Assembly: GCA_964411325.1 (NCBI GenBank)
Contig: CAYPKM010000002.1
Location: forward strand, 1 to 40,305
Source of the DNA: an uncultured Christensenella sp.
GTDB taxonomy: Bacteria > Bacillota > Clostridia > Christensenellales > UBA1242
DNA length: 40,305 nucleotides
Reading direction: 5' to 3'
Both the position numbers and the translations under genes were made by a program. Positions 1 to 9,541 of the stretch are shown here, one piece after another (positions within the stretch are counted from its first letter, which is position 1; the number at the start of each line of letters is the position of its first letter). Below the pieces are notes generated by a model. It ran no database searches and was not told the origin of the DNA. It saw only the letters and a program-made list of their open reading frames with translations.

Positions 1-147
1 TTTTATATAATCAAGCCAATTCTATCTGGAACACCTCTTACTATTTGGGTTATAGCACCAATATACACCGTGCTTTTGGGTGGAATACTAGCAATACTTG
101 AGGTAATCAGAAAGAAAAAGCAAAGCAAGACAGAGCACACAAAATAA
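1..147 (+). CDS. 3' end of a membrane protein gene cut by the window edge (...IKPILSGTPLTIWVIAPIYTVLLGGILAILEVIRKKKQSKTEHTK*)
   Basis: Frame +1 is open from base 1 to TAA at 145-147. It encodes a hydrophobic helix followed by a basic tail, and a hairpin terminator follows 16 nt later. It is too short for the ORF track. The competing minus ORF 3..197 would have to start inside that hairpin. Confidence 0.4.
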   Translation, partial: FYIIKPILSGTPLTIWVIAPIYTVLLGGILAILEVIRKKKQSKTEHTK

Positions 148-162
148 CACAACAAGCAAACG

Positions 163-214
163 AAAAAACACATTAGCAAAATGTATTTTAAATACAAACT
201 AATGTGTTTTTTTT
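163..214. terminator. Bidirectional rho-independent terminator between convergent genes
   Basis: AAAAAACACATTAG (163-176) pairs with CTAATGTGTTTTTTTT (199-214). An inner TGTATT/AATACA pairing extends the stem. A-run on the left and T-run on the right. It lies 3 nt from the helicase stop codon (217-219). Confidence 0.65.
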
Positions 215-216
215 GA

Positions 217-3200
217 TTACTTATTTTTTGTCTTCTTTTGATATTTTGATTTTGCTTTTTCTATCTCTTTGACAATATGATTAATAACTTTGGATTTGTA
301 CATATAATAATCTCTACTCCAAACCCTCATAATATTCCAGCCACGAGATTGCAAGAATGCAGGACGGAAGACATCCCTTTCTAGCACAGATGGTGATGAA
401 ATATATGCACTATAATCACACTCTATGCCAAGCAAATATCTATCTAATTGTTTGTCATATACTGCCACACCAATCTTGTAATCTGTATTGCCTAGATTAG
501 TCTCACATTTATAGCCTAGTTTCTCAAGTTCTGACTTAATATCTTTCTCAATATTGCCCAATTTCTCAGGTTTCTCGCCTAGTTCTGGCTTAATATTTAA
601 TTGTTCCAAGATAATTTTGGTTTCCAAACTATCACCAGAAGAGACTGCACGAACATACTTTAGATAATTTTTGAATATCTTAGGACCCATATTCTTGGTT
701 CCATCTACATTTAATTCTTCAGGCTCAATACTTGTAATTACATAAATTTTCTCTTTGGCACGAGTAATAGCAACATTTAGTCTATTTTCTCCACCCTCCA
801 TACTTAGAGGTCCAAAATTAACAAGCACTCTGCCAAATTCATTCTTGGCATATCCAATGCTAAATATAATTATATCTCTCTCATCACCTTGTACATTTTC
901 CAAGTTTTTGATAAACATACTTATATCTTCGCCATTTTCTTTCCTATTCTTCTCTTTCAAGATATGTTCTTTAAACTTTGGATTAGCATTACATTCTACG
1001 TCTATAGCGTCTTCAATGACAGATTCTTGCTCTGCATTGAAAGTTATGATTCCAATGGACTCATTATTTTTTCTAGTAGCAAATATTTTCTTCAAAACTT
1101 CAATTACAGCATCTGCCTCTACTACATTACTTCTATTAATCCATCTGCCATCTACCTTAATTCTCTCAATAGGCTTGGAATTTTTGTTCCTAGCAATATT
1201 AGGCGAAATTTGCAATTTCCCCTCATAAAAACTTTGGTTTGAGAAATTGATAAGTTCTTCATTTTTGCTACGATAATGATATGTAAGATTAGCACTCTTG
1301 TATCTGGTCATTGCCAAATCAAGTAGACTCTCTACCTCTAACGCTGCTTGTGTAGAATAATCCATTTTGTCATCAATGTCGCCACCTAAATATCTTTTCA
1401 TAAATAATGCTGTTGGTCTAAGTTGTTTGCTATCCCCTGCTACAACGATATTTTTGCCACGATATATTACTGGCAAAGTATTCTCTATAAATACTTGAGA
1501 TGCTTCATCAAAAAGTATTACATCAAACAAATTTTTAACAAGTGGCAAAATATTGCACACGCCTTCTGGCGAAAGCAACCAACAAGGGAACAATCTATAC
1601 AAATATTCGCCATAGACTTCCATAAACTTACGCACAGCCCATTGATTTTGGGTTTTGTTTATTTGATACAAATAATCTTTGTTTGTATCATTTTTATTAT
1701 AAAAAGTTTGATAATCTTCGGTGAATTTGTCCATACAAATTTCGCTTGAAATTTTGTTTAAATCTTTTTTAAGCGAAAGTATTCTATTTTTGATATTATC
1801 ATAATCCAAAATATATGCTAATTGCTTTTTGTATTTATCTTCCAAAATGGTTATTTCGTGGTAAATACGGATATTTTTCATTTCTGCCAAAGTCTCCAAA
1901 TACTTAGACTTGGTATCCGTCATTTTGTATGCAAATTTAAGGATGGTTTTCTCATCTTCGCTAAGGGTATTCAAATTAGCACTCAAATCCCTAAATTCTA
2001 CATAATTATCCAAAGCCTTGAGCAAATACTTAGGATATTGCATATTACCATTTAGAACATTGTCTATCATCATACTATAGCCATTTGGAGTAAGGACGTC
2101 TCTTAGGAATTCATACTCTTGTGTATAATCCTTGATTTCTTCCAATGTCTTTGTGAATTCTTCTTTTATTTCCTTCTCCAATTTGTTTTTAGCACGCATT
2201 GAGAATGGCAAAGACTTGTATACATTAGGATAATTGGTCTTGCCCACAAAATTAACTAGTGAATCTATATTATCCGTTTTGAGATTATTATCCACCACAA
2301 AAGCCACTAATTGTCTAGAATTTGGATATTTGGACATATCAAATGGTGCAATTCTATTTTGCAAAACTTTCATAAGTTTGGATTTGGTCTCATTAACGAT
2401 ATGGAATTCCAAATCTTCTCTAATATTGCCAAGGAACGGATTTGCTTTCTTTTCTTCTACAAACTTATAATACAATTCATCCTTGTTTTTCTCATTGATT
2501 AGTCTCAAACTTTCATTTAGTCTAGGATAATCCAAAGCCATTAATTTGTCGTTTTTCAACATATTTTGATATATTACATACTCAAAACTCTTTTTGCCAA
2601 TAATAGTAGATTTGGCATACATTTCGCCCAAAGATAGTCCAAATTCAGTAGGCACAAATAGAGCATTGCTAATTTCCTTTAGCAAATTCTCTTCTGCTTC
2701 CAATTTTCTCTTGGTCTCTTCGTACTTATCCCTATTTGAAGAAGTCTTTTGTTTCAATGTTTCTTCGTGTAATACTTTGACCCTTTCATAAAAAGTTCCT
2801 CTTTTCTTTTCGGCGTCTGTCAAAAACATTACTTTGGAATTAAGACTACCCAATCTATTGAATACAACGTCAAGCGCTGCCCTTTTTTGGGATACAACCA
2901 AAACCCTTTTGTGCTTGGCAATAGCATCAGTTATGATATTGACAATGGTTTGAGATTTACCAGTTCCCGGAGGCCCGTATATGACCATATTGCCATTATG
3001 ATTAATGCTATCTATAGCATTCTCTTGAGCATAGTCAAGAGAACCTATTGTATATAGGTTTTCGTCAATTTTGGTATTGACTTTGATATTTTTGGAATAA
3101 ATCAATTCGTCAATAGCATCATTGGTTAGACGCTTTTTCTCAAGCAAAGTGTAATCATTATATATAGAATTTGCTAGAGGATATTTTCCCAAAACGCACG

Positions 3201-3999
3201 CGTGTTTTACTTCCAATCCTTGACCATAAGGCACTTCTTTTAGTTTTTCATAGTCAAAAAGACCTTTTCTAGGGCTATAAGATAGTCTAATATTAAATCT
3301 ACGCAAATAGTCTAGTAATTCTGGAATACCCTTGAATTTGCCCGACAAAGAGCCTTTGAATTCCATATCCAATTCATCAAAGTCTTTTAGACGATACTTT
3401 TGAGCATAAGCCAAAATCAAGACTTTGTTTAATTGAATATTTTCATTAGGTCGAAGTTCAATATTAACAGTTGTTTCATTGACGATATCAATAGTTACTG
3501 GAAATAGTACAAGTGGTGCCTTAACCTCAACATCTCTATTTAAGAAGCCTTGAACAAAAGGATATCCTACATAGAGTTCATATCTGCCCGTTTCCTTTTC
3601 AAACTCTTCTATTTCTCTTTTTAGACTCTTGACAGCATTCACTTGTCCTAGAATAGCACGCTTGGTCTCTTCCCTTTTCTTTCTCTCAAACTTAAGCGAG
3701 GCAGATGCTTTTTCTTTGCCTTCCAAATTTTCTAGTTCTGCCTTTTGCTTGATGAACTTTTGCTCTAGTCCTAGATTTTTAATAATTCTATCGGTATCTT
3801 CTTTGCAAACGATAGAAAAGGTGTATTTATTGCCTTTCCACAAAAAGTCAATCAAATCGGCAATAGCAGGATAATCACCATCGAAAAGTTTGCCGATATC
3901 AAAACTATTCTTTCGGCTAATCTTTTTGGAATACAAACTCCTATTCTTTCCACTAATTTCTACCAATCTTTCTTTGTAATACGTATATATACTCTTCAT
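217..3999 (-). CDS. Superfamily-1 (Upf1/DNA2-like) helicase with a long N-terminal region and a C-terminal Vsr/DUF559-like (PD-(D/E)xK-type) endonuclease-fold module
   Basis: 1260-aa ORF with AGGAGA RBS 5-6 nt upstream of the ATG. Walker A GPPGTGKSQT, motif II DEASQ, VVAGDSKQLRP, motif VI NVAITRAKEKIYV. C-terminus DYKIGVAVYD...GIECDYSAY...ERDVFR...GWNIMRVWSRDY resembles the nuclease-like domain seen at the end of DUF4011/AAA_11/AAA_12 proteins (recalled architecture, not searched). Confidence 0.88.
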   Translation of the reverse strand: MKSIYTYYKERLVEISGKNRSLYSKKISRKNSFDIGKLFDGDYPAIADLIDFLWKGNKYTFSIVCKEDTDRIIKNLGLEQKFIKQKAELENLEGKEKASASLKFERKKREETKRAILGQVNAVKSLKREIEEFEKETGRYELYVGYPFVQGFLNRDVEVKAPLVLFPVTIDIVNETTVNIELRPNENIQLNKVLILAYAQKYRLKDFDELDMEFKGSLSGKFKGIPELLDYLRRFNIRLSYSPRKGLFDYEKLKEVPYGQGLEVKHACVLGKYPLANSIYNDYTLLEKKRLTNDAIDELIYSKNIKVNTKIDENLYTIGSLDYAQENAIDSINHNGNMVIYGPPGTGKSQTIVNIITDAIAKHKRVLVVSQKRAALDVVFNRLGSLNSKVMFLTDAEKKRGTFYERVKVLHEETLKQKTSSNRDKYEETKRKLEAEENLLKEISNALFVPTEFGLSLGEMYAKSTIIGKKSFEYVIYQNMLKNDKLMALDYPRLNESLRLINEKNKDELYYKFVEEKKANPFLGNIREDLEFHIVNETKSKLMKVLQNRIAPFDMSKYPNSRQLVAFVVDNNLKTDNIDSLVNFVGKTNYPNVYKSLPFSMRAKNKLEKEIKEEFTKTLEEIKDYTQEYEFLRDVLTPNGYSMMIDNVLNGNMQYPKYLLKALDNYVEFRDLSANLNTLSEDEKTILKFAYKMTDTKSKYLETLAEMKNIRIYHEITILEDKYKKQLAYILDYDNIKNRILSLKKDLNKISSEICMDKFTEDYQTFYNKNDTNKDYLYQINKTQNQWAVRKFMEVYGEYLYRLFPCWLLSPEGVCNILPLVKNLFDVILFDEASQVFIENTLPVIYRGKNIVVAGDSKQLRPTALFMKRYLGGDIDDKMDYSTQAALEVESLLDLAMTRYKSANLTYHYRSKNEELINFSNQSFYEGKLQISPNIARNKNSKPIERIKVDGRWINRSNVVEADAVIEVLKKIFATRKNNESIGIITFNAEQESVIEDAIDVECNANPKFKEHILKEKNRKENGEDISMFIKNLENVQGDERDIIIFSIGYAKNEFGRVLVNFGPLSMEGGENRLNVAITRAKEKIYVITSIEPEELNVDGTKNMGPKIFKNYLKYVRAVSSGDSLETKIILEQLNIKPELGEKPEKLGNIEKDIKSELEKLGYKCETNLGNTDYKIGVAVYDKQLDRYLLGIECDYSAYISSPSVLERDVFRPAFLQSRGWNIMRVWSRDYYMYKSKVINHIVKEIEKAKSKYQKKTKNK

Positions 4000-4226
4000 T
4001 TTTATTCTCCTATGACAAGAATAATTATATCAAAACTACAAAAATTTACAATATTTTTTATCAAATTTATATAAAAAATTTTATATAAACTATACTCAAC
4101 CCCAAAACCATAAATATTTTATGCCAAACCTCCCCCAAAACTTTCTCCATCCTCACAAAAAAAACAAGCAATAATTAGAGGTTTGCCAATGTTTAACACA
4201 TTTCTCATTTTGAATACCACCAAAAC

Positions 4227-4251
4227 AAAAAAACGTTGCATATTTGCAACG
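4227..4251 (-). terminator. Rho-independent terminator of the glycan operon
   Basis: Minus strand reads CGTTGCA-AATA-TGCAACG followed by T7. It starts 8 nt after the stop of the 4259 gene. Confidence 0.65.
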
Positions 4252-4258
4252 AATTTCA

Positions 4259-5380
4259 TTAATCTTTTGAGCATGGTCCTTCTATTTTATTGTTTTTACC
4301 ATTTGTTAAATTATCAACTAATTTCATAAAGTTTTCAACAGCACTTTTTGCGTTCCACATTTCATGAATAGTCTTGTATGCTAATTTGCACTTTTGTTTT
4401 GTATCTTCATTCGTCATAGCATTATAAACACAATTCAAGAACTCTTTTTTGTTTTTATAAACATAACCATTTTCATTATTTAACATATATGGAACACTAC
4501 CAATTTTTTTATTAGCAACAACACAACACGCATTGCCCATACTCTCATTTAATACTGCACCCCACCCTTCATTTTGGTCGGATGTAAACAAAAACACCTT
4601 AGAATTCTTCATTTTTTCTTGAACTTGATCATACGGCAACGCACCAATTACAGTTATGTCTTGCTCAAGATGTTTCTTAGATATCTTTGTTTTTATTTTT
4701 TCTAGTATTGGTCCATTTCCCACCATTGTAATATGAAAATCAACACCTTTCAGTTTAAGAAAACTTGCACATTCTATCGCAAGTTCAGGATGTTTCCAAT
4801 CAAGAAATCTTCCACACCAAAGAATTTCTTTGCTCTTACATTTCTTTTCAATCACTTTTTCAAGAATGCTATCAAAATTCTCAACCTTAGGAAAATATCC
4901 CCACTTATAACACTTATCTTTAAACGCTCCATACCAATTATAGTCACCTTTTGAATAAGCACTTGAACACAACAAATAAAAATTATTATCTCTATATTTT
5001 CGATAGTTTTTATGATAAAACAAAATTGCTTTGGGATAAAACATTCTCAAAATTTTTTTGTTTTTAAACAATCTCTCAGAATAAGCAAAAGTTAATTTGT
5101 TACTCGCTATTCTTCCTCGAACCATAGATATCGGACAAGAACCATAGATTACAACATCTGCATTTTCAATCAAATCCATCGCCTTCTTATAATTTTTATC
5201 ATTTTCATAAGAACACAACACAAAATCATATTCTTTATTCATATCCTTGTAACCAAATTTTATTCTTTCTGGATCTATAGGCTCAGTTGCAATAAAAGTA
5301 TACTCTGCCTTACCCAAAAACTCTTTTGATATTTCCAATTGATGATGATTCATAAAATTACTTGCAAATACTATTTTCAT
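4259..5380 (-). CDS. Glycosyltransferase (GT-B fold, GT4/GT1-like)
   Basis: C-terminal EGWGAVLNESMGNACCVVAN matches the E-x7-E retaining-GT signature. The start is placed at MKIVFASN (ATG 5380) because AGGAG lies about 8 nt upstream. The longer ORF-track start at 5434 would overlap the flippase gene and has no RBS. Confidence 0.82.
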   Translation of the reverse strand: MKIVFASNFMNHHQLEISKEFLGKAEYTFIATEPIDPERIKFGYKDMNKEYDFVLCSYENDKNYKKAMDLIENADVVIYGSCPISMVRGRIASNKLTFAYSERLFKNKKILRMFYPKAILFYHKNYRKYRDNNFYLLCSSAYSKGDYNWYGAFKDKCYKWGYFPKVENFDSILEKVIEKKCKSKEILWCGRFLDWKHPELAIECASFLKLKGVDFHITMVGNGPILEKIKTKISKKHLEQDITVIGALPYDQVQEKMKNSKVFLFTSDQNEGWGAVLNESMGNACCVVANKKIGSVPYMLNNENGYVYKNKKEFLNCVYNAMTNEDTKQKCKLAYKTIHEMWNAKSAVENFMKLVDNLTNGKNNKIEGPCSKD

Positions 5381-5390
5381 AAAAAAACTC

Positions 5391-6800
5391 CTAATCCCTC
5401 GTATTTTCAATTTTTTTTGTCGTTTCTTCAACATAATTTACAGTCTCATTCATTTCGGCATTTGATAGAGAATTCTTCTCTTGTTTCTTTTTTAAACTAG
5501 ACATCAGAGTTGAAAACAAATGTCTTACATCAACACCTATAAAAGCAATTGCTTGCAACATAACACTACCCATTTTTCTTGTGGATTTGAAAAATAAAGG
5601 ACATAGCAAACAAACAAACATTTCAGATACGAGCGTAGCAAACGATGCACCAACAATATTCCATTTTGGTATAAAGATTGCATTTAATGTAATATTTAAG
5701 ACAACAGTTAAAACAGAGAATAAGACAAGATGTTTTTGCCTTTTTTCACAAACAATTTGAACACCTCTCGCAACCCCCAAATAAGCAAAAACACTTGCCC
5801 ACGTTAAGAAGATTGTTGGCAATATTGACTGACTATATACTTCCGTATATAACCAAGGAATAGCAAATGGTGCAACCAAAGACAAGCATAGTGAAATAAA
5901 TGCACCAGAATAAAACACAATCCAATACAGTTGTTTTAAATGGCTCAAATATTCTTTTTCGTCTTTTTTGCCATAAGATTCATAAATAAGAGGCGTAAAA
6001 GAAAAAATAACTGCAGAAACAACAAAAACCCAACAGGTCGCCAAATTATGTGCTACATTATAATATCCTATCGTTTCTGTTCCTCCCAATATTGATTTCA
6101 ACATTATCTTATCAACAGAAGCATAAATAACAGATATACAACCAGTTAATATAAAAGGAGCAGACTGTTTTATCAACGTTTTGAAAATTTCACGAGAAAC
6201 TCTCCCTCCTTTTAATTCTTTTGTAGATTTGGATAGAATAAATAATAAAACTCCTGCTATAATTGTATCTAGTGAACTTGCAAGTGCAAAAAGCACTATA
6301 TTCCCATCAAAAATCAAAATTAAGATTTTAAAAATTTGAGTTATAATATATGATACAAAAGAAAGAACAACTGTTTTTTTTGATTTTAATTGAGACTGGA
6401 AATAGTATGTAACCATTTCAAAACTATTAAAAATTAATAATAATGTTTGAACCAGCGAACAATAAAGCATTGTTTTATCGTTCAAATTAGTTACAAAAAT
6501 TATCGCATTTATTATTACATAAGAAATAAAAGACGAGGCGATATTCATTACTATAGATGTTTTTAATATAGAAGATGTTTTTTCTTTGTTCTGCACATAT
6601 TCTTTAACAATGACATTCCCCAATCCAAGATTTGAAATTGGAGTAAAAATTAATATAAATGTGCTTATATATCCTATAATTCCATAATTTGATGGCCCTA
6701 GATATCTTGCTGTGAAGATTCCTATAATAAATCCAATTATTGCTTTAATGACCTGGAACCCTATGAGCCAAAACATATTATTTACAACTTTATTATTCAT
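5391..6800 (-). CDS. Wzx-like oligosaccharide/polysaccharide flippase (MOP superfamily polysaccharide biosynthesis protein)
   Basis: 469 aa and multi-pass hydrophobic throughout. N-terminus NMFWLIGFQVIKAIIGFIIGIFTARYLGPSNYGIIGY is typical of Wzx-type proteins. The start overlaps the upstream stop (ATGAATAA), suggesting translational coupling. Confidence 0.82.
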   Translation of the reverse strand: MNNKVVNNMFWLIGFQVIKAIIGFIIGIFTARYLGPSNYGIIGYISTFILIFTPISNLGLGNVIVKEYVQNKEKTSSILKTSIVMNIASSFISYVIINAIIFVTNLNDKTMLYCSLVQTLLLIFNSFEMVTYYFQSQLKSKKTVVLSFVSYIITQIFKILILIFDGNIVLFALASSLDTIIAGVLLFILSKSTKELKGGRVSREIFKTLIKQSAPFILTGCISVIYASVDKIMLKSILGGTETIGYYNVAHNLATCWVFVVSAVIFSFTPLIYESYGKKDEKEYLSHLKQLYWIVFYSGAFISLCLSLVAPFAIPWLYTEVYSQSILPTIFLTWASVFAYLGVARGVQIVCEKRQKHLVLFSVLTVVLNITLNAIFIPKWNIVGASFATLVSEMFVCLLCPLFFKSTRKMGSVMLQAIAFIGVDVRHLFSTLMSSLKKKQEKNSLSNAEMNETVNYVEETTKKIENTRD

Positions 6801-7965
6801 TCGTATTTACCATATCCAATATCTTCTTTGTCATTGAAATATTATTTTTATTTTTTAATGCCCAGTTTTTCGCTTTGATTCCAAACAAATGAAGATTCTC
6901 TTTTCCCATTTTTAATATTTCTTCTAGTTTAATTTTTAATGTGTCCACATCATTATTATCCACAACAAAACAATGTTTGTTGTATTCTGATGGCATAGAG
7001 GGAAGTTTAGTTGTGAGCATTGGAGTTCCCGACGCCAAATACTCCATATTTTTCGAAGGAAAACTATATTTAACATACTCTTCATCTATAGGTCTTGGAT
7101 TCACCAAAAGTATAGCCTTTGTTTGAGCCTTAACAACATCCAAATTATCTTTAACCCCAAAATATTTGATATTATTGTGTGTTTTACATAAACGCTGTAA
7201 ATTTTCTTTCCAGTCACCATCACCATAAATATGAAGTTCAGAGTTTTTGACATTTAATGCCAAAAAAGCATCTACCAAATTAGATATCCCATACTTTTTG
7301 TGAATGGACCCAGAGTACATTATAACATTATTTTTGTCTTTATCTTCCAATCTATTATCAGAAGATTCCATCATCTTATCACAAAAGCCCTCAATCACAA
7401 CATATGGCTTATCTTTTATGCCGAGTTTTTCTATCATAGGTTCTGCCAAAACGACAAAATAATCACAAGCCCTAATCATTTTGTTCCAAGTTTTAACTTT
7501 CGCCGATTGTTTACCTTCTAAAATCTCAGGCAGATCAGTAATAATTCCAACCAACTTAGCATTTTTTCTGCATTTAATTGCTGTTTTTAAAAGTGTAAAA
7601 TTTAAAATATCACATACAATCAAATCATTGTTGTCTCTAACCCATTTTTTAATAAAACGCTTTGCATTTAAATACAATGAAAGAGGTCTCAAAAACTTGA
7701 AGTTTATAAAACTCAAATAATTAAAGCGAACACCATTCTCTTCATCTTTTTTCGACTTATAAACAAAAGTCTTACTAATATTCCTATTTATGGGTCTACT
7801 ACTCAAAACTTCCACCCGACAATCATTAGCCACCAACCCTTCGGCAAAAAGTCTATTAAATTTAACACTTTGCCATGATACAGACTTTCCTATATCTTTT
7901 TTAAAAATGTTTGAGTATTCCTTTCTTGAACACATATTAGATAAGTATAGTATATTTTTCTCCAT
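6793..7965 (-). CDS. Glycosyltransferase (GT-B fold, group 1-like)
   Basis: 390-aa ORF in the operon. The C-terminal half (VMYSGSIHKKYGI...NPRP...FPSKNMEYLASGTPMLT) resembles the group-1 GT nucleotide-sugar binding domain. Confidence 0.78.
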   Translation of the reverse strand: MEKNILYLSNMCSRKEYSNIFKKDIGKSVSWQSVKFNRLFAEGLVANDCRVEVLSSRPINRNISKTFVYKSKKDEENGVRFNYLSFINFKFLRPLSLYLNAKRFIKKWVRDNNDLIVCDILNFTLLKTAIKCRKNAKLVGIITDLPEILEGKQSAKVKTWNKMIRACDYFVVLAEPMIEKLGIKDKPYVVIEGFCDKMMESSDNRLEDKDKNNVIMYSGSIHKKYGISNLVDAFLALNVKNSELHIYGDGDWKENLQRLCKTHNNIKYFGVKDNLDVVKAQTKAILLVNPRPIDEEYVKYSFPSKNMEYLASGTPMLTTKLPSMPSEYNKHCFVVDNNDVDTLKIKLEEILKMGKENLHLFGIKAKNWALKNKNNISMTKKILDMVNTNE

Positions 7966-7974
7966 AGTAAACTT

Positions 7975-9210
7975 CTACTTCTTTTTTAATTTTTCATAAA
8001 TTTCTATCAATTTTTCTTTATTAATCTTTTGATTATGAGTTACATTTGCATGTTTCTTCGCATTTTTAGAAAAAAATTCTTGTCTTTCTTGATTTTCAAA
8101 CAAATAACAAATATAATAAGCCAACATATACGGTTCATCAAATGGATAAATTAGTCCATCCTCCCCATGTGTTAGCATGTTTTTCACGCCACCTACATCA
8201 CTAGATATTGTCGGAACTCCCAAAAGCATTGCTTCACCAACAGAATTTGGAGAATTTTCAATTGACGATGCCGACACAAAAACATTTGCATTCAAATATG
8301 TTTTTATCATGTCTTCTTCGTTTAAAAAACCTTTAAAGACTATATGGCTTTGCAATTTATTCTTTTTAATAAATTTAATAATATGTTTTTGATAACTATT
8401 AAGTTTCAATTTGTCTTTAAAACTTAGATGTAACAAATCCTTGCCCGTTGTATAAACTTTCGCATTTGGATAAAATCGCAAGACCTCAATTAGAGCCTGC
8501 AAAACCATATGAAACCCCTTGATCGGATAACTTGATTGACTAACAAAGATTGAATGTTTTTCACATTTTTCATATTCCCATTCTTTTTTATAAAATCCAT
8601 TTCTCAAAGTTTCATTACAAAAATAGTAATTTAAGTTTGGATTAATTAAATAACAGCAAGCTTTATCCCAATCCGTTCTTCCAATTACATTTTTTGCAAT
8701 TTTTAACGCTTTTATTTCTTCTTTTCCACTATTTTTAAATCTGTGCTTTTGTCTTGTAATATTATCATTTTTTAGTAAATCTCTTACAGTCCAAGAATGA
8801 ATAATCTTATTTGGCAAGTTTGCAAAATAATGAAATGAATATATGCTTTTCAATCCTTGAATACTGATAATCGCCCTATCAAGCAAATCTAATTTTTCAC
8901 AAACTTGCATCATACTAAGAGTATGATGATACTCCGTTCCAAAAACGTGAATAACGTCAGGTTCAAATTCTTTTATCACATCTTCAAAAATCTGTTTTTG
9001 TTCATTTTTCTCTATAAATGATTTAAAACCGCAATTTGCAATCTCACCCGAACAAACATATCCATATGGGAAAAGCACAAACAACTCAACATTATCTTTT
9101 AGTAATTGTTCACTAATCCCATCAAGCCAGCCACCAGTAGTCACATTGTCTTTACTTATCTCTTGTTTGATTTTTAATGTTGGAACATTAGTCAACCATA
9201 AAATTTTCAT
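7975..9210 (-). CDS. Glycosyltransferase family 4/1
   Basis: 411 aa. ENSPNSVGEAMLLGVPTISSDVGG is the classical E-x7-E GT1/GT4 motif. RBS AGGGTG upstream of ATG 9210. Confidence 0.85.
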   Translation of the reverse strand: MKILWLTNVPTLKIKQEISKDNVTTGGWLDGISEQLLKDNVELFVLFPYGYVCSGEIANCGFKSFIEKNEQKQIFEDVIKEFEPDVIHVFGTEYHHTLSMMQVCEKLDLLDRAIISIQGLKSIYSFHYFANLPNKIIHSWTVRDLLKNDNITRQKHRFKNSGKEEIKALKIAKNVIGRTDWDKACCYLINPNLNYYFCNETLRNGFYKKEWEYEKCEKHSIFVSQSSYPIKGFHMVLQALIEVLRFYPNAKVYTTGKDLLHLSFKDKLKLNSYQKHIIKFIKKNKLQSHIVFKGFLNEEDMIKTYLNANVFVSASSIENSPNSVGEAMLLGVPTISSDVGGVKNMLTHGEDGLIYPFDEPYMLAYYICYLFENQERQEFFSKNAKKHANVTHNQKINKEKLIEIYEKLKKK

Positions 9211-9365
9211 ATAACACCCTTTTTAATATATTTTCATATGTTTTACATATTCAAAACAACCCATCAGCATCAATTTATGCCACTCTAATTATTGTAACAC
9301 CACTTATTAGTGCAAGATATAACTTTTTCGCAATTCTCGGTCAAAAATCAAACTACACTAATCTT

Positions 9366-9394
9366 ATTATAATCAAAACAACCTCATTTGTAAA
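9366..9394 (-). promoter_or_regulatory. Sigma-A-type promoter of the glycan operon (TTTACA-17 nt-TATAAT with TGn extended -10)
   Basis: Minus strand: TTTACA (9394-9389), 17-nt spacer ending TGA, TATAAT (9371-9366). It lies about 150 nt upstream of the first GT start codon. Confidence 0.55.
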
Positions 9395-9488
9395 TCTTTT
9401 TGAAATAGTTATAATATCAAATACAAATTTATTCCTCTTCCATATTTCTACACAAACCAATTTTAGTTTTTAAATAATATTTTCACAC

Positions 9489-9529
9489 AAAAAAACATCA
9501 AGCAAAGGGATTGTCTCTTTGATTGATGT
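9489..9529 (-). terminator. Rho-independent terminator after the lipoprotein gene
   Basis: 16-position stem (one mismatch, one G-U) around a 3-nt loop, followed on the minus strand by T7. It starts 13 nt after the stop at 9542. Confidence 0.7.
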
Positions 9530-9541
9530 TTATCAATTTAA

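Noticed and set aside
3-197. 64-aa minus-strand ORF at the left edge (MYLKYILLMCFFVCLL...)
   Set aside because: Its start codon lies inside the loop of the bidirectional terminator hairpin, and it has no RBS. The opposite strand gives a more sensible membrane-protein C-terminus ending in a stop 16 nt before the terminator. It is most likely a shadow ORF.
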